This document shows positions 17,869 to 25,137 of a DNA stretch of 29,320 bases, in pieces. The notes under the pieces were generated by a model. The model was not told the origin of the DNA. It made no database searches and was given only the letters and a program-made list of their open reading frames with translations. The stretch covers positions 1-29,320 of IMG/VR virus record IMGVR_UViG_3300017721_000193. The stretch is one strand, 5' to 3'. How positions within the stretch are numbered: position 1 is the stretch's first letter; each line of letters starts with the position of its first letter. This DNA is from a virus (lineage: Duplodnaviria; Caudoviricetes). A program made the translations under genes and the position numbers.

Positions 17869-17900
17869 ATAGAAGGGGAGGTTGATTCCTCCCCTTTTAT
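17869..17900 (+). terminator. Hairpin, weak terminator/attenuator
   Basis: ATAGAAGGGGAGG-TTGATT-CCTCCCCTTTTAT; short U tract. Confidence 0.7.
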
Positions 17901-17920
17901 TCTATTTAAAACACATATAG

Positions 17921-19204
17921 ATGGCAGTAAAGTTTCTCAGTGGTATAGATGTAGATGGTTCTTTAAACCTAGCTGCATCAGACATACCTAATCTAGCAGC
18001 TTCTAAGATAACAAGCGGTAGTTTTGCTACAGCTAGAATACCTAACTTAGCTGCATCTAAAATCACAAGCGGTAGTTTTGCCGCAGCTAGAATACCTAGC
18101 CTACCTGCATCTAAAATCACAAGCGGTACACTTAACTCTGCTCGCATACCTGACTTATCTTCTACCTATCAAGTATCAGGTGATTATGTTACAACTGAAG
18201 GTTTAGAAGCATATGGATATATCACCTCTGAAACAGATAGTCAAACATTATCTATAAGCGGTACTACACTATCGCTGACCAATGGCGGCTCAGTTACACT
18301 ACCAACAAGTACAGGTCCTGAAGGTCCCGAAGGTCCACAGGGTCCCGCAGGTACAAACGGAACAAACGGTAGTGACGGAGCAGAAGGTCCTGAAGGACCA
18401 CAAGGACCACAAGGACCCGCGGGTACAAATGGTACTAATGGTACTAATGGTTCTGATGGAGCGCAAGGCCCTGAAGGTCCGCAAGGACCGGCAGGTCCTG
18501 CAGGGAGTAATGGTACTAACGGTACTAATGGTAGTGACGGTGGTGAAGGCCCCGAAGGTCCACAAGGACCGCAAGGTCCGGCAGGTGCAGCAGGTGCAAC
18601 AGGGCCACAGGGACCTGCAGGAAATAACGGAGCTGATGGAGCTGACGGAGGTGTCGGAGCTGATGGTCCTCAAGGACCTCAAGGTCCTGCGGGGAGCACG
18701 GGTCCTCAAGGTCCTCAAGGTGTGGAAGGACCCGCAGGTTCTAACGGAACCAATGGTACTAACGGGTCAATGTACGGACCTGATAAGTATTTATTTCAAA
18801 CAGCGGTAACATATACTAGCAGTAATGCTAAAATATCTATAAACTCTCAAGAGATTAACGGAAGCACAAACACTAGTTTGTCTAGCAATAGAATCACATT
18901 TGGTTCTGCAGGAACATATTTAATCTCATGGAATATTAATTGGCAATCTCTTTATAATAACCGAAGCACTTTTGGTGCTACGGCTAAATTAAACGGTAGT
19001 GCAATTGCAGGTGGAACAAACCTACAGTATTTTAGATACAACACTTACGGTCATAAGAGTACGACAAGCACTTCTTTTGCAGTGACAGTTACCGCAAATC
19101 AATACCTAGAGTTTTTCACATTCCTTCACGCAGGGTCAACAAACCATAAGGTGACTAGCACCAACGGTGATGGTGGCGCAATAACAGTAATGAGAATAGT
19201 ATAA
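17921..19204 (+). CDS. Collagen-like fibre protein with C-terminal C1q/BclA-like trimeric head
   Basis: Three 18-aa IP.L.ASKITSG repeats, about 150 residues of uninterrupted Gly-X-Y, then a beta domain with AGTYLISWN motif. Confidence 0.85.
   Translation: MAVKFLSGIDVDGSLNLAASDIPNLAASKITSGSFATARIPNLAASKITSGSFAAARIPSLPASKITSGTLNSARIPDLSSTYQVSGDYVTTEGLEAYGYITSETDSQTLSISGTTLSLTNGGSVTLPTSTGPEGPEGPQGPAGTNGTNGSDGAEGPEGPQGPQGPAGTNGTNGTNGSDGAQGPEGPQGPAGPAGSNGTNGTNGSDGGEGPEGPQGPQGPAGAAGATGPQGPAGNNGADGADGGVGADGPQGPQGPAGSTGPQGPQGVEGPAGSNGTNGTNGSMYGPDKYLFQTAVTYTSSNAKISINSQEINGSTNTSLSSNRITFGSAGTYLISWNINWQSLYNNRSTFGATAKLNGSAIAGGTNLQYFRYNTYGHKSTTSTSFAVTVTANQYLEFFTFLHAGSTNHKVTSTNGDGGAITVMRIV
17984..18157 (+). 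repeat. Three tandem 54-nt coding repeats (IPNLAASKITSGSFATAR)
   Basis: Seen in DNA and translation. Confidence 0.9.
18314..18770 (+). repeat. Gly-X-Y collagen repeat region
   Basis: GPE/GPQ/GPA/GTN triplets in recurring blocks. Confidence 0.95.
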
Positions 19205-19389
19205 TGGTTGAAACTAAATATTACATAGAAGATTTAATTGACGGTTTTGTATTACAAGATGATGGTTCTTGGGATTGGTTTGTTAATAATACAGAGAAAA
19301 CATTCAACACATATGATGAAGCGTTATCTCATATCGAGACGCTAGATGATGGTGTGTATAAAGTTTTCAACAGAATAATAAAACAATAG
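19204..19389 (+). CDS. Small hypothetical protein
   Basis: 61 aa, TAATG-coupled to collagen fibre gene. Confidence 0.7.
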   Translation: MVETKYYIEDLIDGFVLQDDGSWDWFVNNTEKTFNTYDEALSHIETLDDGVYKVFNRIIKQ

Positions 19390-19396
19390 TAATATA

Positions 19397-19425
19397 AGTT
19401 ATATTTGTCTCAAACAAATATAACT
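19397..19425. promoter_or_regulatory. Perfect 12-bp inverted repeat containing TATATTTG on both strands
   Basis: AGTTATATTTGT-CTCAA-ACAAATATAACT; TAnnTTTG is the Bacteroidota -7 promoter element. Confidence 0.6.
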
Positions 19426-19433
19426 ATTATAAT

Positions 19434-19679
19434 ATGGCTAAGGCTAAGAAAAAGAAAATCGGAAAATCAGAACTAGAGGCTATTAAGGATTTGATAGCTA
19501 CAAGAGCTGAGATTATTAAGGTTTTGGGTGAGCTAGAATTAAAGAAGCTAGAAGTAGCTTCTAAGTTTAGTGGAGTAGAACAATCTTTAGAGGAACGTAA
19601 AGATGCCTTAGAGCAGAAATACGGACACATAAATATAAACCTAAGTACAGGAGAGTACGAAGAAGTTAAAGGAGAGTAA
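19434..19679 (+). CDS. Small coiled-coil protein (L..KYG...I.L.TG family)
   Basis: 81-aa heptad-rich helix ending LEQKYGHININLSTGEY. Confidence 0.75.
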   Translation: MAKAKKKKIGKSELEAIKDLIATRAEIIKVLGELELKKLEVASKFSGVEQSLEERKDALEQKYGHININLSTGEYEEVKGE

Positions 19680-21239
19680 ATGAAGCGATTAAGGACAGGT
19701 GCGGTAAACTCAATTTCTTTCATAAGAAATATAGGATACGCTATAAACTCATTTGATGTAACTTTTGAGAAAGTAGTAGGACCTACTGTACTGTCTTTAA
19801 CAGGTCTTCAAGACCAATTAGAACTGAGCAGCTGTTCTGACTTTATTGTATTAAATATAGACCTTGTAACACACACTCTAGAAGGAGGTGAATATTACAT
19901 TACGATTTCTAATGCAGGCGGAAGTAGCACATATTTGTGCGAGGTACAGGCTCATCAGTATAATACATTGAGCTCGGATTCTATTTATGCTGATAGCGTT
20001 GTGATTTCTAGCGATATCACTTCAAGCTCAAGTGTTGAGAATACTGACGGTACAACACCGTCTTCAGGAAGTTCTGCCGATTCTATGTCTATTACACTAA
20101 GAGATGACACGTATGGTGACATGACTTCTCCATATTACATGAGAACGGATTCTTGGCTAGCGCAGGCAAATATTGAAAACATAGGTTCTTCTATAACTCA
20201 GGTTAAATTTAAAATAACAGATAGCAGTTCTCAGGAAATAAGTAAGGTTGTAGCAGTAACTAACAATACTATCATGTCAATATCTTTTGACATAGAGAAT
20301 GAGGCTATAAACTTTGGTGATGTAGCAGATTGGGTGATAGAAGGATTAAATGCTTCTGACGAAGTAGTTTATACATCTAGCACATACAAGCTCATTGTAC
20401 CTCCTAAAATCAGCCTTTACTTAGCTGAGTCTTTATCAGCCGCAAATGACATGAGGACTAACGGCTCATCGGCTATAGAGGTTTTTAACGGCTCTAGCAC
20501 TACGTACAATCTTTACGCTTACTTAGAATCAAACACATCTGCTCAGATAACAGCTCATAACAGAGCTGCAGTAAACGATAAAGTGTTTAATAATTCAGGT
20601 GTCGGCACTATATTGGGAACTTCGTCTTTTGCCATATCACCAACCGAAGGCTCTATGGAGTTGATTTCTTCTGACGTATTGCCTGCTTGGGCTTATGAAA
20701 CATCTGAAAGAAACGTAAAATATTACTGCTACTTTACTTGGGCAGGTGGGTACGTTACACCTTTGCTAAATAACATAGCAGGTATGTACAACACCTTCGC
20801 TTATGGCGAAGATAGTAATGGTATAAATCAAAGACCTTATCCTAAAGAAACCCTAACTATATCAGGTACTACGTTTACTCTTGAAGGATTTAGCCCAATA
20901 CTATATAACGTCCTGACTTCTTACACAAACAGTAGGTTAGCACTTTACATGGGTAGTGGAAATTATCTAATGAATACAAACAATGTAAACAGTCTTGCAG
21001 TACAGCAAGAATATTCTGATGGAACTACTGAAGAAACAATAATAACAAAGTCTCAGTTAGCTAACGCAGGTATTTTCCCTGCTATGCAGGGCGATTCCTT
21101 TGATGTTTATGCTTATGTATCTAGAATAAATTCAAGTAAAACATTGGTTCACAATAAAGTTTGGATTAAATACGGTAGTTATTGGTTTAATATAGACAAT
21201 AGCTCTATAGACTCTCCTCACTTTTTACTTGAGGTTTAA
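19680..21239 (+). CDS. Putative structural protein, beta-rich with Ser-rich linker
   Basis: 519 aa; ~100-aa N-domain, SSDITSSSSVENTDGTTPSSGSS linker, long Ser/Thr/Tyr-rich remainder; directly upstream of portal. Confidence 0.65.
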   Translation: MKRLRTGAVNSISFIRNIGYAINSFDVTFEKVVGPTVLSLTGLQDQLELSSCSDFIVLNIDLVTHTLEGGEYYITISNAGGSSTYLCEVQAHQYNTLSSDSIYADSVVISSDITSSSSVENTDGTTPSSGSSADSMSITLRDDTYGDMTSPYYMRTDSWLAQANIENIGSSITQVKFKITDSSSQEISKVVAVTNNTIMSISFDIENEAINFGDVADWVIEGLNASDEVVYTSSTYKLIVPPKISLYLAESLSAANDMRTNGSSAIEVFNGSSTTYNLYAYLESNTSAQITAHNRAAVNDKVFNNSGVGTILGTSSFAISPTEGSMELISSDVLPAWAYETSERNVKYYCYFTWAGGYVTPLLNNIAGMYNTFAYGEDSNGINQRPYPKETLTISGTTFTLEGFSPILYNVLTSYTNSRLALYMGSGNYLMNTNNVNSLAVQQEYSDGTTEETIITKSQLANAGIFPAMQGDSFDVYAYVSRINSSKTLVHNKVWIKYGSYWFNIDNSSIDSPHFLLEV

Positions 21240-21240
21240 C

Positions 21241-21250
21241 TTGTAAATTA
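21241..21250 (+). promoter_or_regulatory. Putative late promoter motif TTGTAAATTA (copy 6)
   Basis: Exact motif in a 16-nt gap, 5 nt before the portal ATG. Confidence 0.65.
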
Positions 21251-21255
21251 TATTA

Positions 21256-22488
21256 ATGGGACTAGTAAATAATATTGTAGATTTTTTCGCATCAAAAACA
21301 TTTGTTCAGGCTACTGAATCAAGTGTATCAGCGAACGAACTAGAAAATGCTATTGTCGACCTAAACGGTCGATATAAGCTCGGCCACACCAACTTAGGAA
21401 ATTACATTAAGTTTGGAGTCAATGATGACTTTCCTGTAATCTTAGAAAAAATGCTTCGTCAGTCTCCTGTTCATTCGGGTATTCTTACAAAGAAGGCCAA
21501 GATGATAGCCGGTAATGATATTGACTACAAAGATGATTTCATGTCTACCAAGAAAGCAAAGCAAGAGCTAAAGGTTTTCTTGAATAACTGTGCCGGAAAC
21601 AATCAAGGCATGTATGATGTTATTTCTCACGCTGCATTCCAATATGAACACAAAGGTGCTGCTGCGTTCTATGTTCGTTGGAACAAAGGAAGAACAAAAA
21701 TCGTAGAGTTCAAGTCTCTAGACCCTAAAGGAGTTAGAGCTGCAGAGCCAAACGAGCAAGGAGAGGTTACACACTATATCGTAAGAAGAAGTTTTGGATA
21801 CGGAGCAAACTCAGTACAGCACAACGAGCCAAGAAAAATCAAAGCGTTTAACAAGTACGATAAGTCTGCTAAAGAGGCTGTACTATATGTTGCTAACCCT
21901 TACTCAGGAAATCCTTATTACGGAGTCCCCAACTATATTTCTGCTTTCCATTATATCGCGAGCGATTTTGAATTTGGTAAGCACATTAAAAACTCCTCAG
22001 CTAATGGATTCACGCCAAAGGTACTCGCTACTTTCATTGGCCGGAATATGTCTAATGAGCAAAAAGCATCTGAATACAGTAAATTCAAAGAGTCTTTCAC
22101 AGGCCCTGAAGCGGATAACTTCATTGTCAGTTGGGTCAAAAAAGAAGAAGACGCACCGAAATTCACGCCTTTAGATATAGCGAATTTAGACAAAACTATA
22201 GACGTATTATCAAGATTAAATGACGCTAAAATCCTTACTGCTCATAATATTACTAGTCCTACCCTCTTTGGGGTTATGGTTAGCGGTAAGCTCGGAGGAA
22301 CAGGGAACGAACTTGTCACGGCTTATCAAATATTTAGAGCAACAGAAACGCTACCTAATAGAGAAGTTATTCTAGGGGGTATCAACAGAATCCTATCGAC
22401 TGTAGGATTTGACAAGATGGAGTTATCTGTCGTTGAAGAAGATATAAACCTTGAAAGTATCAAGGGGGCTAACACAACCGATTTATAA
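21256..22488 (+). CDS. Portal protein
   Basis: FG.N.DFP..L...SPVH..I..K..MIAG, YYG.PNY, NGFTP, FTG..A, IL.AH.ITSP.LFG motifs typical of flavobacterial phage portals. Confidence 0.85.
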   Translation: MGLVNNIVDFFASKTFVQATESSVSANELENAIVDLNGRYKLGHTNLGNYIKFGVNDDFPVILEKMLRQSPVHSGILTKKAKMIAGNDIDYKDDFMSTKKAKQELKVFLNNCAGNNQGMYDVISHAAFQYEHKGAAAFYVRWNKGRTKIVEFKSLDPKGVRAAEPNEQGEVTHYIVRRSFGYGANSVQHNEPRKIKAFNKYDKSAKEAVLYVANPYSGNPYYGVPNYISAFHYIASDFEFGKHIKNSSANGFTPKVLATFIGRNMSNEQKASEYSKFKESFTGPEADNFIVSWVKKEEDAPKFTPLDIANLDKTIDVLSRLNDAKILTAHNITSPTLFGVMVSGKLGGTGNELVTAYQIFRATETLPNREVILGGINRILSTVGFDKMELSVVEEDINLESIKGANTTDL

Positions 22489-22489
22489 A

Positions 22490-23020
22490 ATGGTTAAAGT
22501 AATTTTCATAGACGACAACTACCTGTACCAAAACTTTCCTTTACCGAAAAGATTGGACCGTGCTGCGTTGTTGTCTATAATTCAATTAGAGCAATTTACC
22601 TCATTGCAAGATTTGCTAGGTACTTGTTTGTATGAGCACTTAGAGCAACAGGTATTTGACCAATCTCTTACCACGGAAGAGACTGAGTTATTTAAGTTGG
22701 TTAAATATACTTTAGCTATGTACGCTGCTAAGGCTACGGTTGCTATGTTGCGCTCAGGCGCAGCTAATACAAAGCATGAAGAATCGGTACAAGACCAATA
22801 TGTTATCGATGCACTTACATCTCAAATAGATAGCAAGGCTAAATACATCAATGCTCGCATTGTAGATTATATAAAATCAACAACATCACTAAAGAATATA
22901 GCGACAGCTGAGGCTTGCGATAATGACCTGTTCAATGAAAACGATGTATATCAGGGCTCGGTTTATTATCCTTGTGAGCCATCTAGCGATACCTGTGATT
23001 CATCTAACGACAGTTATTAA
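22490..23020 (+). CDS. Putative head-tail adaptor
   Basis: Follows portal; helical with Q...LQD.LGT.LYE motif; start corrected to ATG 22490. Confidence 0.7.
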   Translation: MVKVIFIDDNYLYQNFPLPKRLDRAALLSIIQLEQFTSLQDLLGTCLYEHLEQQVFDQSLTTEETELFKLVKYTLAMYAAKATVAMLRSGAANTKHEESVQDQYVIDALTSQIDSKAKYINARIVDYIKSTTSLKNIATAEACDNDLFNENDVYQGSVYYPCEPSSDTCDSSNDSY

Positions 23021-23023
23021 AAA

Positions 23024-23185
23024 ATGGACCACAACGACTTGAAATTATTTTTATTAAACACAGGAGCCTTTGCGGTTTCTATGACGGCTGTTGAAGATTT
23101 GCTAAAATTAGTTTTGTTGATAGTTTCAATACTATACACCTTTCAACGCTCACACGCTCTTTGGAAGAGAAATAAAGATAAGTAA
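23024..23185 (+). CDS. 53-aa membrane protein, holin-like (not in ORF track)
   Basis: MDHNDLKLFLLNTGAFAVSMTAVEDLLKLVLLIVSILYTFQRSHALWKRNKDK; fills the gap exactly, TAATG-coupled to next gene. Confidence 0.75.
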   Translation: MDHNDLKLFLLNTGAFAVSMTAVEDLLKLVLLIVSILYTFQRSHALWKRNKDK

Positions 23186-23421
23186 TGTCTGAGTCTAAAT
23201 CATTTGTCAAAGACAATTGGTCCATGCTCATATGGCTTTTAGCAGCAGTATTTGCAGCAGGTGGAATATATGCTGAGTTCACCTCTCTTAAAATGGAACT
23301 AAAAACAGTTCACGAAAGGCTAGATAAAAAGATTGTTCTTATAGATGTGCTAGAAGAAAGGGTTTACAATCTAGAACTTCGAGGAGAATACGACAAAGGA
23401 TTTAGAGAATCTAATAAATAA
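23185..23421 (+). CDS. Single-TM plus coiled-coil protein (possible lysis accessory)
   Basis: Hydrophobic WSMLIWLLAAVFAAGGIY then heptad helix. Confidence 0.7.
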   Translation: MSESKSFVKDNWSMLIWLLAAVFAAGGIYAEFTSLKMELKTVHERLDKKIVLIDVLEERVYNLELRGEYDKGFRESNK

Positions 23422-23451
23422 AAAAAGGGGGCGTTAGCCCCCTTATCTTTT
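23420..23451. terminator. Bidirectional intrinsic terminator between convergent arms
   Basis: A7-GGGGGC-GTTA-GCCCCC-TTATCTTTT. Confidence 0.85.
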
Positions 23452-23501
23452 ACATCCCTTGCCTGAGCAAGTACATTCTATCGGTGAGTTTTCACACCAT
23501 T

Positions 23502-23867
23502 CTACTTTAGACGTCCTCTCTTGTCCACGCTTCTTACCGCGAAGTACCCGCCTATCACTGTTACGCTTACCATTTCCCATAGTCCAATCCATCTTTCGCT
23601 TATATTACTAATACCAAAACCTTCAAAAAAAGTCATCAATACTAAGAATATAATTACGGTGGCTAGGGTTAGTGGCCTGACGTTCTTAGATAGCCAAGAG
23701 TCTGAACGCATGTCGCTGTTCCATCTCTTAGATATCTCTTCTTCTACAGCTGCACGAACAGCTTCTTTTTCCTCCGGAGTTTTTACAAATCGGTCCACGA
23801 CATTTGCAACCGCTTCCGCAGTTTCCTGAACAGCTTTGCCTCCTAATATTTTCAATAACTTGCTCAT
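23502..23867 (-). CDS. Holin (GTA 3TM-holin-like)
   Basis: VD.FV.T.EEK, RW.SDM.SDSWLSKNVRPL, two TM segments, GYF..RS..K; start corrected to ATG 23867. Confidence 0.8.
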   Translation of the reverse strand: MSKLLKILGGKAVQETAEAVANVVDRFVKTPEEKEAVRAAVEEEISKRWNSDMRSDSWLSKNVRPLTLATVIIFLVLMTFFEGFGISNISERWIGLWEMVSVTVIGGYFAVRSVDKRGRLK

Positions 23868-23869
23868 AT

Positions 23870-23995
23870 CTAACTCCCACAACCCTCGCAGTCAGGGTTG
23901 TCAATAGAACAAGCATTCGAGTTTTTCTCGCTTGTTGTTAGCTCATCTACGAAATCAGCAAATCCATCTGCTAAATCAAAGTCATTCTTCATCAT
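23870..23995 (-). CDS. 41-aa acidic peptide ending ACSIDNPDCEGCGS (RNR alpha C-terminal tail-like; not in ORF track)
   Basis: MMKNDFDLADGFADFVDELTTSEKNSNACSIDNPDCEGCGS; overlaps amidase stop and ends 2 nt before the holin ATG. Confidence 0.8.
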   Translation of the reverse strand: MMKNDFDLADGFADFVDELTTSEKNSNACSIDNPDCEGCGS

Positions 23996-24470
23996 TCTCC
24001 TCTTCTTCTTTAATTAATAAATCTTTAGTTTCCTTCGGCTCCCATATGAATCCATACTCTTCCTGAACATTAAAGCTAGGACAGGCTTTGTCTGAAAATT
24101 CATTGTGGCCATGCACAGTTGCTGTTGGGTATAACTTCAACAGAGACTTTATAAGATTTGTTAGCGCAACATCCTGAAGCTCGGTTCTAGTATCCTTTGC
24201 TTTTGACATTGTTTTGTTCATACCTCCCACATAAACTACACCGATGCTTCTACGGTTGTATCCCTTAGCGTGAGCTCCTGAATCTTGAACACTTCTTCCT
24301 ACCTCTATCTCTCCATCAAGGCCGATAACATAGTGGTAACCAATAGTGGAGAACCCACGATTTTTATGCCATCTAGTTATTTCATCAACACTAACCTCTC
24401 TGCCTTCAGGCGTTGCGGTTGAGTGTATAATTATCCTGTTAATGTTTCTTGCTGAATTTCTTAATTTCAT
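23982..24470 (-). CDS. Endolysin, N-acetylmuramoyl-L-alanine amidase (T7 lysozyme-like, Amidase_2)
   Basis: IIIHSTATPEG, IGYHYVI, GAH..GYN..SIG..YVGG, GHNEF...KACP zinc-amidase motifs. Confidence 0.93.
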   Translation of the reverse strand: MKLRNSARNINRIIIHSTATPEGREVSVDEITRWHKNRGFSTIGYHYVIGLDGEIEVGRSVQDSGAHAKGYNRRSIGVVYVGGMNKTMSKAKDTRTELQDVALTNLIKSLLKLYPTATVHGHNEFSDKACPSFNVQEEYGFIWEPKETKDLLIKEEEENDEE

Positions 24471-24480
24471 GATACCTATT

Positions 24481-24490
24481 TAATTTACAT
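24481..24490 (-). promoter_or_regulatory. Variant late-promoter-like motif ATGTAAATTA upstream of endolysin
   Basis: Minus strand, contains upstream gene's TAA, 10 nt before amidase ATG. Confidence 0.55.
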
Positions 24491-24730
24491 TATTAGTTTT
24501 CTATATGTCATCTCAGCAATCACTGCTGAATATATTGCGTGTAAGGGATTCAAATCTATAAATATATACAACCCTAGGCTGCACCAAAAACAAAGGCACA
24601 GGACGCAGTTAAATGGCTTATACGGCAATAGTTTATCTATGACCCAACCCCAAGGTTCGAATATAAATAAACAAGCAAATAAAAATCCAACACCTACGGT
24701 GATGAATATGCTTTCATATATCTCAATCAT
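24485..24730 (-). CDS. Small membrane protein with KPFNCxxC.xFW motif (DUF1360-like)
   Basis: Hydrophobic 81 aa; KPFNCVLCLCFW. Confidence 0.7.
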   Translation of the reverse strand: MIEIYESIFITVGVGFLFACLFIFEPWGWVIDKLLPYKPFNCVLCLCFWCSLGLYIFIDLNPLHAIYSAVIAEMTYRKLIM

Positions 24731-25137
24731 AATTTTTGACTTATGTATTCGTCTCTAGTGTATCTCATTAGTTTTGACTTGCGCTCACCGTTCTCTATAA
24801 CGAAAACATTTCCTTTGCGCCTCTCACCATAAACGTCCCTCCATTTAAGAGAGACAATCTTGTTGGTCATAGTGGAGTATATCATAGATATAATGAGGTT
24901 GGCTGCTGACTTTCCCTCGGTGTAGTAGTCTAAGAACTTTAAACACACCCTCATTACTGCTTCGTCAATTAGAGCCTGTCGAAGTTCTTCGTTCCCGTTT
25001 GTAATAAACGAGAAGTTAGATATCTCAGCACATCTCTCTAGTATAAAAGCACCAAGCTCGTCAGTAAGGTATCCTTGATTAGAAGACTTTATAGCTTCTA
25101 GCTCAATGAATCCTTTGTCATATTTGTTCTTCTTCAA
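24727..25137 (-). CDS. Putative late sigma factor (T4 gp55-like, sigma region 2 only)
   Basis: Pattern Y......E.IKS..QG.LTDELG..I......S.......E.RQ..I.EA......F...Y..GKS.A...I..I recalls gp55-family proteins; 136 aa, TTG start. Confidence 0.6.
   Translation of the reverse strand: MKKNKYDKGFIELEAIKSSNQGYLTDELGAFILERCAEISNFSFITNGNEELRQALIDEAVMRVCLKFLDYYTEGKSAANLIISMIYSTMTNKIVSLKWRDVYGERRKGNVFVIENGERKSKLMRYTRDEYISQKL

Noticed and set aside
18282-18809. Alternative-frame ORFs 18282..18809 (+) and 18299..18718 (-)
   Set aside because: Shadows of the stop-poor Gly-X-Y codon repeat.
23728-23916. 62-aa minus ORF with many Cys (SCSGNCGSGCKC)
   Set aside because: Off-frame shadow of the Ala/Val-rich holin and overlaps the better-fitting 41-aa ORF.
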